Below are positions 39,009-52,218 of a stretch of 64,000 bases of DNA, in pieces; the stretch's first letter is position 1; each line of letters opens with the position of its first letter. A program made the translations under genes and the position numbers. The stretch covers positions 252,650,001 to 252,714,000 of the forward strand of contig OZ024741.1 in NCBI GenBank assembly GCA_964016885.1. Direction: 5' to 3'. Source of the DNA: Eledone cirrhosa (taxonomy: Eukaryota). The notes under the pieces were generated by a model, which was not told the origin of the DNA, ran no database searches, and worked only from the letters and a program-made list of their open reading frames with translations.

Positions 39009-39790
39009 TTGGCAGTGTTACCGATGGGGGGGGGGGGGGGGCGTTGTCGGTTCGGGATAAACTCTACAGGCACGGAAGTGCTGTCAGACGGACCTACCCA
39101 AGATGCGCACAGAGCAACAAAACCATTCTGCACGCACTTGTCCAATGTCCGTGTATTACTGACTTGTGGAGTTATGTCAAACAGCTACTCTCACGTGTAG
39201 AACGGATCCGGCTATCGGCCAAGTCCATAGTGAAGATTGACCCGCCGCCTTCCTTTGGTCAGGAAGAGCAGGCAATTTTCCTGTCTGGTGGCAGCTGCAA
39301 AAGAGGTTGTATGGTGGACCAGATTGAAAGGACTGAAGACAGACACTTTTATCTTCGGCCAATCCCTCATCAACTTCTTCAAATTTCACCTGGAAAGGAA
39401 GGTGAGGGTGGAGAGAGACGTGCTGCCCCCCAGTACATTTGCTAAAAGGTGGGTGAATGTGGGGCGAATGACCCATGTGAATGGGCCTACACTGACCATG
39501 TGCCTCTAGGCTAGCTAATTTGAGGAGAGGGGTGCTCTCCCTGGGTGCCCTAGAAGCGCAGGGTGGTTCAGGATTGGTGGGGTACCTGAGTCACCCCTGG
39601 GTCATCCACTCCCTATAGGGGAATTTATTTTGTTATATTTATACATATTTATATTATATTTGTAAATCTTCATTGTTAAATTAGTCTTGCCATTGTGCAC
39701 CTTTACTCGACCTTATTGTAAACCCCCACTGTCCCTGTCTTTGTTGGCCCTTGTGGTCAATAAATGAAATCATTATTATTATTATTACTG
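39009..39790 (+). mobile_element. 5'-truncated L1/Tx1 copy (C-terminal CCHC region + 3' UTR)
   Basis: Near-identical to 45129-45866; ends aataaatgaaat(c)(att)n. Confidence 0.9.
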
Positions 39791-40004
39791 TTGTGTCTGA
39801 ACGGACGTCTTTATGCTCGCTCTCATAAATTTATTTATTTACCTGTCAAAACTTGTTTATTGAATTTTTTGTTGTTGTGTAAGGCATACAAGCCCTTGGA
39901 CTTTGCCCTGTGAAGGAGAAAGTATAATATTTGGGCTTTTGGCCCATATATTTGAACTCTTTTACATTTTAAAAAATTATCGAGAAAAAAAAACAAAAAA
40001 AATA

Positions 40005-43000
40005 TAGCTGAGCCATCCCCCAGCGATATGTCTGCTGCCGTGCGACAACGACGTAAAACTTGAGAGGAGCACTACGGCGAAATTAACAGAAATTGATACA
40101 ACAAACACCACCACAAACAACGTGAACAAAGACAGCAATGATAACAACACTGAGAACTCTAATTTTGAGACAACAAATGCAACAACAATATCAACACCAC
40201 TAACATGAAAACAAATAGTGACCACACCAACAGCAACAATACCAACTGCACCAAGAACAATGGCGGCACCAAAGACAACAATGATAACAGGGACAGTGAT
40301 AACAACAACAACAACAACAAGAACAACGACAACAACATCCCCAACGACAACAAAAAGAACACTTTCGATGCGGCAGCAGCCAAAGAGAGGCCATGCTTCA
40401 ACATGGACCTCTCAAACAAAATGAAAAGTTGGCCCAGGCCTGGAAGCTCATCAAGCAAGAGCAAACCTGAGCCAACTTAACTGTCCTGGTAGAAGCTATT
40501 GAGACAGTGGAGTGCAGACCACACCAACAGCAACAATACCAACTGCACCAAGAACAATGGCGGCACTAAAGACAACAATGATAACAGCGACAGTGATAAC
40601 AACAACACCAACAAGAACAATGACAACAACAACAACACTCCCAACGACAACAAAAAGAACACTTTCGCTGCGGCAGCAGCCAAAAAGAGGCCATGCTTCA
40701 ACATGGACCTCTCAAACAAAGATGAAAAGTTGGCCCAGGCCTAGAAGCTCATCAAGCAAGAGCAAACCTGAGCCAACTTAACTGTCCCGGTAGAAGCTAT
40801 TCAGACAGTGGAGTGCAGAACGGTGCATTATAGATGCATCTCAGCACAAACCAAAAGGGCAGCTTTAATTCCACAAGCAGATGTCGAAGTCGCACTGAGG
40901 TGCATCAGGGATGACACCAAATACATAGCGAGGGGCAGACAGTACGGCACCATTTCGGTGCTGTTTAAGTCAGAAGCCCTCACTATGAAACACGCTATGA
41001 CTCCTTGCAAAACCAGCAAGGTCATAATGTACCCCTCCCACATGGGAAAAAGAACGGCCCGTCTCCGTATTCCCAGAATCCTACCAGGACTTGACATATG
41101 GTGGCTTCTGGGATGTGTGATTGTGGAGGGGATGGATACCGTCCCAATAGAAGTGACCAGAACGGCCAGAGAAGACTGGTCCGGGTTGACCTGGAGACAC
41201 TTCTCCAGATCAGGCCCGAGAATGTGAAGACAATCCCGGACCACATCCGCCTTTAGAATGGGACGGTCATTCATATTATGACCGAGGGCAAAAGGCCGCA
41301 TTGTTTTGTTTGTGAGGAAAAAACCCATTTGCGAGCCTTCTGCCCTCAACTGCTGAAAGATGCAAGGGGTCGAAGGGCTCCACTGCTGCTGATGCTGGGG
41401 TAAGGACCACAACCAACACCAGCACCGGCAAAACCACCAGCAACAACACCAATAGAAAGACCACCACTAACATTGACCACCCAGGGGGGAAACGAGGAAA
41501 GTTGTCAAATTCCCCCTCCTCCCCCCAAAATACACACACCAATAAAACCATAAACACACACACAGACACACTTACAGACACAGACCCCTCATCTACCAGT
41601 AGTGAAGATGAGGGAAAACCAAAATCCCCCAAAATACAAAAAAGGAAACATACAAAAAAAAAAAAAAATCAACAAAGCACAAAATCACCCACAATAAAAA
41701 ATGCAGACACCACCCACGCAAACATCTCTCCAATAACACCAACATCAACATCACCATCACCAGAATCCCCCAAACGCAAACAACCTAAAGAGACGCAAGA
41801 ACAAATACACACACAAACATCTGAAACCACAGACACCGCACTCACAACAAACACAGACATAACCGAAACAACACCACCAAAACCATCACCACCACAGCTA
41901 CGCAAACAAATAAAATCACACCAACAAAACATACAAAACTTCGTGCTCGTCAGGAGGGCCAACAAGGAAGTGATGGCCCTCGTAGCACGAAGTGAAAATA
42001 TACAAAAAGAGGGGGAAATTTTTAAATCGAGCACATTTCGTGCCGGAAGATATGTTTCTGGTGTGAATGTCGCTCGATTTATACAAAGAAATACGAGACA
42101 GCTTTCCTCGGGACGTGGGAACCCCGAACGTAAAACCCACTTCAAGACTTTTAAAGGGGTTCCCAAAAGAAACCCCACCAACTATGGAGGTCGAACCACC
42201 CGACCTTCACAAGAGCCCGGAAGGTAAGAAAACCTTTCCTCTCTCTCTCTCTCTCTTTTTAACCTGCCAACATGGCTGTATTAAGAGTAGGAAGTTTAAA
42301 TGTTCGAGGCCTGGGATCGTCCTGGAAGCAGGGTCACCTGCTCAACGACCTCAGGTCTCTAGAAATGGATGTAATTGCCGTCAGCGAGACCAGGATTTCC
42401 GACACGTGTGCACTAGCCCCCATTTTCGACGACTATCAGATCTTTGCATCTGTTAGCCAGCCGGGAATGGGAGGCGGGGTGGCAGTGCTGTTTAGGAAAG
42501 GCCTGGATCTCGAGGTAAGGTTGATCTTCCGGGACCCGGACAGGAAGTTGGTGGTCCTGGACGTGAACAATAATGAAGGTGGTGCCTTTAGACTGGTGGC
42601 CGTCTATGCCCCTACTGGGGCAGGATGGCTGGAGTTCTTTAGACGCCTGGAAGCCTTTCTGGGTACTTCTTGCCCTTTACTGTTAGCGGGGGACTGGAAC
42701 GGGATCTTAGACACACGCTGGGACTGTGTGGGAGTATCCAATAGGAGCGGGGGGTGCAAAAGCCTCAAGAACCTGATCAGCCAGTTCCAACTGTCTGACA
42801 GGTACCGACTAGATTTCCCTAATGCGCCAGTGTGGACCTGGACTAACCGCATAGGGTCATCTAGATCGTATATAGACAGGATATTCATTAGGAAAATCGA
42901 CAGAAATAGTGTAAGCTGTCCTTGTTTTAAAATGGTCGCCTATTCAGATCACAAGTTTGTGATCTGTATGGTCGACCTAGATAAGACGCGTAGGTTAGGA

Positions 43001-45866
43001 CCAGGTTACTGGAAGCTAAACATATCATTTCCAGCACGTAAGGCTTACAGGGACCAGGTCAACAATTTAGTTAAGAAAAAGTTGACAGGGGGAGTCGTCA
43101 ACAATAGATGGTGGGGGGCTCTCAAAAGAGACATTAGAGTAATGTCGATAGAGTTTAGCAAAGAAGTAGCGTTAGAGAAAAATAGAAAGGAGGGGGAGTT
43201 GGTAGATAAGTTAGATGAGGCTATTGGTAGTGGCATTGCAACTGATGTGCTAGCAGCGAGAATGGCATTAGACCATTTCTTCAATGCGAAACACGAAGGT
43301 TGCATTGTCAGAGCTAAGGCACATGCTCTGAGAAACGAGGGAACCAAAGCTGTTCGATGGGCCCACGTGGCAGAGGCGCAGCGTGGTAATAAAACCACAA
43401 TTCGGTCTTTGAAGGACCGAGACGGACACGAGCTGAGCAATTCCAAGCGGATGTGTGAGGCCTTTCACCAACATTTTGCTCGGTTGTTCAGGGGAAGTGG
43501 CGAGTCAGAAACGGTGGCGGACTTCAGTCCCTACCTCGATGGCTTTCCGCAACTCTCGACGGCTGACGCTGGGCGCTGCGAAAGGCCAATTACTTCAGCC
43601 GAGATTCAGGATGCCCTTGTCGGCTGCATGAGGCACAAGTCCCCCAGTTTGGATGGTCTGCCCTACGAGCTTTACGTAAATATGCCAGACTTGTTCTCCA
43701 ATCTCCTCGAAGCCCTCTACTGCAACTGGCAGCAAAACGGGAGTATTCCCAGTTCTGTGAGCTGGGGCGTAGTGACGCTGATAAGGAAAGACAAGAACAA
43801 GAGGGACACATTAGACAATTCCAGGCCCATAACTCTGCTCAACACAGAGTTTAAGATTTTGGCCAGGGTGTTAGCGAAGAGGTTGGCGCTTGTCGTCAGG
43901 GATTTGGTTGGGGACGTGCAAACTTGCGCAATCCCAACCAGGTCCATACACGACAACCTCCACCTAATGCGATACATCATAGAGAGGGTAGGGTGTAAAC
44001 CTGGTTTCGGTGGGGCTCTGATCAATTTAGATCAATGAAAAGCATTCGATAGGGTCGACCATCGGTACCTGGAGGCTGTCCTCAAAGCAGCTGGCTTCGG
44101 CTCCATCTTCAGAAGCTGGATCACTGCAATGAACAGCGGCACCTGCTCGGTGGTCAAAATTAATGGCCACCTCTCGGAACCGTTTCAGGTCTCCCGATCG
44201 GTCCGCAAGGGTGCCCTCTCTCCTCCCTTCTGTACGTATTGACTCTCGAGCCTTTACTGCAGAAGCTGGAGCTGTTGCAGGGCATCCCGCTCGAACCGGG
44301 ACGCGGAAAGGCTGTGTCGGCTTATGCGGACGACATCACCGTGATGGTGTTGGACACCTCAGAAATCGAGGTGGTCGGCAACCTATTGCAGGAATATGAA
44401 AGATTGACGGGAGCAAAACTTAACCCGGAAAAGTCGGTGGGCTTGCAACTCGGCATCTGGAGAGGCAAGTCCATGCCGTCCAACAGCGTCGTTAGGCGCT
44501 GGACGGATGGACCAGTAAAGTTGCTTGGGGTTTGGTTCGGGCCAGACCTCCAGGTGGATAAGAATTGGGACGAGGTGACGGGCAGGGTAGCTAGTCTCAC
44601 CCAGAAATGGGCTGGGAGGAAGCTACCACTGAAAGGTCGTCCCTTGCCCCCATTCGCGCCTCACCATCTTGGAGTGGCACCTCTTCAAATTCTTGTGGAG
44701 GGGTCAGGTTCCGCTGGTGAGGCGATCCATCTGCTGCCAGCACCCTCTACGTGGAGGGCTGGGCATGCCGTAGCTAATGATGTGCAGACACACGCTGAGG
44801 GTGCGGCATCCCCAGATATTCTGCCTAAACGGTGAACAGGTGTGGTCGCCGTTTGTCAGACGGACCTTTCCGCAGCTCGTTTCTTTGACTGAGCTGCAGT
44901 CCTGGGTCAAGAAGAGACCGAGACTGGGTGACTGGCATCTGCAATGTTGCCAGGCACTCACTGCCCTCTACCAAGCGGGCAATGCGATCAGTGGAACTTC
45001 CACTCTTGAGTTCTATAGAGGATTAGTGGTGGGCAAGATGCTCTGGGAGTCGACGAAGTCGAACTAACCAGTCTGTTCCAGAGGACTTTTGAGCCGGGGA
45101 CGATGGATAATTTCCAAAAATCCCTCGCTTGGCAGTGCTACCGGGGGGCACTGCCAGTTCGAGATAAACTCTACAGGCATGGAAGTGCTGTCAGACGGAC
45201 CTGCCCAAGATGCGCGCAGAGTAACCAAACCGTTTTGCACGCACTCATCCAGTGTCCGTGCATTACTGACTTGTGGAGTTATGTCGAACAACTGTTGTCG
45301 CGTGTAGAACAGATCCGGTTATCGGCCGAGTCCATAGTGAAGATTGACCCGCCACCTTCTTTTGGCCAGGAAGGGCAGGCAATTTTCCTCTATCTGGTGG
45401 CAGTAGCGAAAGAGGTTGTATGGTGGACGAGGTTGAAAGGACTGAAGAAAGACACTTTTCTCTTCGGCCAATCCCTCATCAACTTTTTCAAGTTTCACTT
45501 GGAAAGGAAGGTGAGGGTGGAGAGAGAAGTGCTGCCCCCCAGTACATTTGCTGAAAGGTGGGTGAATGTGGTGAGAATGGCCCGTGTGAGTGGGCCTACT
45601 CTGATCATGCAGCTGTAGGTAGGTAAATTTGAGGAGGAGAGGGGTGCCCTTCCAGGGTGCTCTCGAAGCGTCAGGTCGTTCAGGATTGGTGGGGTACCTG
45701 AGCGAACCCTGGGTGGTCATCTCCCCTATTGGGGAATTTTTCTTGTATTTTTCTTGTTACTTTGTTATTGTTATTCATATTGTTTACTCGATTTTTCTGT
45801 AAAACCCCACTGTCCCAGTCTTTTGTATTGTCCCCTATATGTCGGCCCTTGTGGCCAATAAATGAA
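40005..45866 (+). mobile_element. Near-full-length L1/Tx1-clade LINE, disrupted
   Basis: ORF1 remnants with zinc knuckle CFVCEEKTHLRAFC (~41300). ORF2 from 42272: APE (SLNVRGL, VSET, VYAP, GDWN, SYIDRIF, SDH), PGYWKLN, RT (RPITLLN, DQ*KAFDRV, AYADDI), C-terminal CPRC..H..C; stops and frameshifts present. Confidence 0.92.
42272..45618 (+). pseudogene. Tx1/L1 ORF2 (APE endonuclease + RT + CCHC), interrupted
   Basis: Split across ORFs 42272-44038, 44239-44835, 44777-45067 and 45103-45618. Confidence 0.9.
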
Positions 45867-46261
45867 TTTCATTTGAAGAGGAAAATCAGGGTAGAGAGGG
45901 AAGTGCTCTCTTCCCAGCATTTTGTTGAAAGATGGGTGAGAGAAGCAAGTATGGCCCGAATGAATGGGCCTTCTCTGAGTATGTGTCTGTAAATTAAAGG
46001 TGGAAAACTGGGAGAGGGCACTTGCCCTGGTGGTCAGGGTCACTGTGGTCTTTTAATGCGCTTTCTCCACAAATGTCCCTCGGAAGTCTCCCCCCCTTTT
46101 GGGGAATATTTCTTTGTTATTTTATTACATCCTCTGTTTTTTTTTACACGCAGAAATGCCCATTTGTACCGTCCTGTATTGTCCTGTACTGTCCTTAATG
46201 TCTACTTTATGTAAACCCTTGTGGTTAATAAAGAAAACATTATTATTATTATTATTATTAT

Positions 46262-46305
<44 letters not shown>

Positions 46306-46330
46306 TGATTATTATTATTATTATTATAAT
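45863..46330 (+). mobile_element. Short, diverged Tx1 3' end fused to the preceding copy, followed by (ATT)n(AGT)n
   Basis: FHLKRKIRVEREVLSSQHFVERWV...MCL* and a similar 3' UTR ending cccttgtggttaataaa. Confidence 0.85.
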
Positions 46331-46953
46331 TTAATTAACACTAGGAAGTTTGTCATGTTTTTAACACAGCTGATGAGTCCTCTCAAGCCTTTGTTTGGCA
46401 CATTTTCTATATGTGGATACCCTTCCTATCACCAACCACTCAACAGAATGTATTGGGTACATTTTATCATGTTACTGACATGAGTAAACTAGATTTTTGA
46501 CTATGTACCTACACATGTTTAAATGGTCTAACACAGACCCTTGATTAATTCTTCTACAGCATTCTTTGGTGTATTTAGTGGTGTCCATTCACTTCATAAC
46601 AAAGATTTAAGCTAGTTCCATCCAATTTTCAGACTGGACATTAGCTGCTTCAATCTAAACAGTCTAGAGGAATGACTGCAATGTGAAAGTCACAGCTACT
46701 ACCCCTCCTCCTATGTTGTTTAACTCATAAAAAGGAAATATTGTATACATAGCAGAGACAATACAGTACAATTTTAGGAAACAATTGAAAAGCACAAACT
46801 ATGCCCAGCTTCAACAACAAAGACTGACATTCACAAGATAGCATCATTCTAAAAATATACCAATATGTTACACATTTCTCAGCTACCATAAAAAGTGTAA
46901 CCATGGTATTAGCAAAAAAAAAAACAAAAAAAAAAACACAGGAAAAATAGATC

Positions 46954-46992
<39 letters not shown>

Positions 46993-47318
46993 TTTCTACA
47001 GACACTACAAGAGAAAGCTATTCAGAAGAAAGGGATCATACGGCAATAAGGACTAGATATTGATCAAAAACAGTGATCCTAAATTCTTTATGTATTCCCA
47101 AAATAAAAATAATGTGTTCACACAAGATATCATTAAAGAAAAGGGGGGAAAAACGTTAATTGTTACAATAAACAACAGAAGGAAAATAAAGTAGTAAAAT
47201 GAATATACGGAAACATATGGAAAAATATATACTCATACATATACTCATATGTGTATATGTATGTGTGACTATATATATATACATATATATATATATGTAT
47301 ATATATATACATATATAC

Positions 47319-47349
<31 letters not shown>

Positions 47350-47479
47350 CATATATATATATACATACAAACATATATATATATATATATATGTGTGTAT
47401 ATATGTTTGTATGTATATATATATATGTATCTATGTGTATACAGAGAGATGTATGTATACATAAATACATACATATATG

Positions 47480-47510
<31 letters not shown>

Positions 47511-47764
47511 ACATACATGCTACATATAGCAATGCAGTGATGTGTAGCAATATAAACATCATTTCACTTTATCTTCTCCTGTGTTTATCTGGATGTTAAG
47601 GAAGTTATATAAACTAAAATAAATTTATATATAATATGTAAATAAAAGTAATTTTAACTGTTAAATATATTTGTTTGTTGAGTAATTTTTGTTTAAGTCT
47701 ATTAACAGCAGGTTTCCTGTGCTTAGAAGATATTTGGAAAATTTTAGATATCTTTTTTCATTCT

Positions 47765-47780
47765 CTGCCAGGTGGCGCTG
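47765..47780 (+). promoter_or_regulatory. Candidate CTCF-binding site
   Basis: CTGCCAGGTGGCGCTG matches the CTCF core CCASYAGRKGGCRSY at most positions and lies in apparently unique sequence upstream of the Pcdh exon. Confidence 0.45.
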
Positions 47781-48259
47781 TTGTTCTGATTAGCACAGAG
47801 ATTAAAAAACAAGAGACCAACATAGGAAAACACCTTTCACACATTATCTTTTTAAATCATCGCAAAAGTGTTTCACTAAAGATGAGAGATATCTTTTAAA
47901 GGATTCATTGAATTAATGTTGTAAAGAAACATTGTGTCTATCATAGACTGCTTGCTGTAAGGAGATGATATGTAGCAGTGTATGCTATCAAGTTGTGTTA
48001 GAGTGAAGTCAACCAAGAAGTAAGATGAATTGAAGAAAATGAGTCTTCATTTCTAGCTTCTAACACAGTGTCTTTGTGTGTGTGTGTATGTATGGTCCCG
48101 TAACGCCAGATAGAGTCATAGGGGTGCTGTATTGACATACAACATTTCTCGGGCATTTTAAGCCAGGTGGAGCACTAACCTCTCCAGGCCTGAGTACAGC
48201 AGATATCTTCCAGTGAAAGATAGAAAGTGAGAGAGAGGAAAATGAGAAAGAGATATGGA

Positions 48260-48620
48260 GGAAGAATCAACTCCAGTACTAGACTGGTACTTTTTCTATC
48301 GACCTCAAAATGATGAAAGCCAAAATTGATCTCTGCGGGATTTGAACTCAGAGAATGGAGAGCCGGAATGATATTACCCTTAAGCATTCTATCCGACTCT
48401 GCCAATTTGTTGCCTGTCTTTGTCTGTAGCAAAGGCAATAACAATAGTACAAAGAATGATTTCTACTTTAACCACAAGGCCAATTATTTTGTGGGCGGTG
48501 GGAAAGTCAATTAAGTCGATACCAGTACTTGACTGGTACTGTATTTTATTGACCCTCAAAGGATGAAAGCCAAAGTTACCCTGATGTAGAATTTGAACAT
48601 TGAATGTAAAAAGCTGACAA
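48260..48620 (-). mobile_element. Two degraded family-2-like SINE copies
   Basis: ctggtact...atcgacc...gatgaaagccaaa...ggatttgaactcag. Confidence 0.6.
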
Positions 48621-49981
48621 AGGAATGCAGCAAATAGAGAGATGCTGTGCTGAAAAAGACTCATGCAACCATGGAAAAAGGAACATAAAAACGACAATGA
48701 TGATGATCGTCATCATCATTGTTTTAACATCCACTTTCCCTGCTTGCAAGGGTTGGACCAGGTCAGTACAGAAGTGGAGCTACTGACCTCCCAGAGAGGG
48801 CAGGGGTCTGCATCTCGCATATTCATGGTCTCATGTTCTAGGAGAGGTTGCCGTGTCTTTGACACAACTGAAAGTTTCTTCTGGCCCTTTGTTTGGCAAG
48901 CTTTCTGTGACTGGATGCCCTTCCTATCACCTTTATATATATTAAGTGTTGCAACTCTGAGATGCGATGTCTTCATATTTTGTTGTGGTTCCTATCTATT
49001 TGTTGCTGTGCTGCTAATTGTTTTGGCATTGATACACTGGTTGGATGCCCTTCCTAACACCAGCGCCACTTTACAGCATGGACTGGGCGCTTTTTTTGTG
49101 CCACCAGCACTAGAGAGGATGTCTTACTAGACTCAAGGGCCCTCTCTACCCCTTCATTTTACAGCATGGTCATAAAAAAACCCCCACTTATTGACACAAC
49201 ACGCACACACACACACACACACTCGCACACCAACACTCATGCATACAAACTACAAACACACACGCCACTCACACACCAACACTCATGCATACAAACACAC
49301 ACTCTACTCACATACCAACATATATATATATATTACCGGCAGTACTGATACAAAATCAAAATCAAAATCATGTCAACCGTTGACTTTTCCCAGTTCAGTT
49401 CAGGTTTTATATAATAATAATAGTAAAAATTGTTTGCTTTACACTGGTGATGGCGGTGGTGGTGGTGATGGTGGTGGATAGTGTCAGTGATGGTGGTGGA
49501 TGGTGTCAGTGATGGTGGTGGTGGTGGATAGTGTCAGTGATGGTGATGGTGGTGGATAGTGTCAGTGATGGTGGTGGTAGTGGTGGAGGTGGTGGATGGT
49601 GTCAGTGATGGTGATGGTGGTGGTGGTGAATAGTGACTGATGGTGGCAATGGTGGTGGTGGTGGTGGTGGTGGTGGATGGTGCTAGTGATGGTGGCGGTG
49701 ATAGTAGTGGTGGTCGTGAAGGTGGTGGATAGTGTCAGTGATGGTGGTGATGGCGGTGGTGGTGGATACATATATATTCTAATTCTGGCTGAGTGGTCCA
49801 ACCAGTGAACTAAGCAGCCTCTGACAGTATATATAAATATATATGTCTGTGTCTGTGTATATATATGTGTGTGTATATATATATAAATATATATGTGCAT
49901 GTGTATATATATATATATATATATATTATCGTCATCATCATCATCATCATTTTACGTCCGCTTTTCCCTGCTTGCAAGGGT

Positions 49982-50040
<59 letters not shown>

Positions 50041-50309
50041 AATATATGTGTGCGTATGTGTGTGTGTCATCATCATCATTATCCTTTAACATCCATTTTT
50101 CATGCTAGCATGGGTTAGACAGGTTGTCTTGCTCATATAGGACTGTTGTGTATGTATGTATATATATGTGTGTGTGTGTGTATATATAAAATATATATAT
50201 ATGTATGTGTGTGTGTATATATATATATATGTGTGTATATGTGTGTGTGGTGTGTATATATATGTGTGTGTGTGTGTGTGTGTATATATAATATATATAT
50301 ATATATGTA

Positions 50310-50370
<61 letters not shown>

Positions 50371-50639
50371 AAGTGTGTGTGGTGTGTATATATATATGTG
50401 TGTGTGTGTATGTGTGTGCATTTATTTCTTATTTGCTATGTGTTTAATAATTATTGATACAAAAACATAAAAACCCAAATACTTATACACAGCTTTCATG
50501 ACCACACGCATGAGGGCCATCAAACCACAGAGTACACCCCACACACCTCTGCCACACATGATACCATAACCATGTAATGCCATCACGAACATTTACAGCA
50601 CCACCACCACTACCTTCACCACTACTATAACCCCTACCA

Positions 50640-51870
50640 TCTACCGCTATCACCACCATCACCTTCACCACTACCACCTTCACAACTACCACAACCACCA
50701 TCACCACCACCACCTTCGCCACTACCACAACCACCATCACCACCACCACCTTCACCACTACCACAACCACCAACACTACTACTAACTTTACCACTACCAC
50801 AACCACCACCACTACCTTCACCACCTTCACCTTCACCACTACCACTACCACAACCACCATCACCATCACCACCTTCACCACTACCACAACCACCATCACT
50901 ACTACTAACTTTACCACAACCACCATCACCACCACCACCTTCACCACTACCACAACCACCAACACTACTACTAACTTTACCACTACCACAACCACCATCA
51001 CCACCACCACCTTCACCACTACCACAACCACCATCACCACCACCACCTTCACCACTACCACAACCACCATCACCACCACCACCTTCACCACTACCACAAC
51101 CACCATCACCACTACCACAACCACCATCACCACCACCACCTTCACCACTACCACAACCACCATCACCACCACCACCTTCACCACTACCACAACCACCATC
51201 ACCACCACCACCTTCACCACTACCACAACCACCATCACCACCACCACCTTCACCACTACCACAACCACCATCACCACCACCACCTTCACCACTACCACAA
51301 CCACCAACACTACTACTAACTTTACCACAACCACCATCACCACCACCACCTTCACCACTACCACAACCACCATCACCACCACCACCTTCACCACTACCAC
51401 AACCACCAACACTACTACTAACTTTACCACTACCACAACCACCATCACCACCACCACCTTCACCACTACCACAACCACCATCACCACCACCACCTTCACC
51501 ACTACCACAACCACCATCACCACCACCACCTTCACCACTACCACAACCACCATCACCACCACCACCTTCACCACTACCACAACCACCAACACTACTACTA
51601 ACTTTACCACTACCACAACCACCATCACCACCACCACCTTCACCACTACCACAACCACCATCACCACCACCACCTTCACCACTACCACAACCACCATCAC
51701 CACCACCACCTTCACCACTACCACAACCACCAACACTACTACTAACTTTACCACTACCACAACCACCATCACCACCACCACCATCACCACTACCACAACC
51801 ACCATCACCACCACCACCTTCACCACTACCACAACCACCATCACCACTACCACAGCCACCATCACCATCA
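50640..51870. repeat. 36-bp CAC-rich minisatellite
   Basis: Unit accaccatcaccaccaccaccttcaccactaccaca, with periodic aacactactactaacttt variants. Confidence 0.9.
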
Positions 51871-52074
51871 CCTGTACTGTCATTATCATCCTTATAGTAA
51901 TTAATGTTGATAGCGTTGCTAGGAAACCCTTCTTCCCTCCTGAGAAGTAAATTTAGATAATTTTAGTCACTTTAATTATATAGAGAGAAAGAGGAGGAGA
52001 AGGTGGTGAGGGAGAAGTGTCAAATATATACATACATTTACACACATCCATATATAAGTACACATATATATATT

Positions 52075-52107
<33 letters not shown>

Positions 52108-52218
52108 CCACATATATATATATATATACACACGTGCACCCACATATATGGGTATTCACATATATATATATATATGTAATATAAGTATGTATACGTACAT
52201 ACATATATGTATATATGT

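Noticed and set aside
46370-46400. CTGATGA (also at 13475, 15923 and 29952) as hammerhead cores
   Set aside because: No correctly placed GAAA, stem II, stem III and NUH could be built.
46560-46900. Possible GIY-YIG remnant (VYIAET)
   Set aside because: Too degraded to support from a single motif.
50483-51889. 468-aa Val-rich ORF
   Set aside because: Translation of a 36-bp minisatellite.
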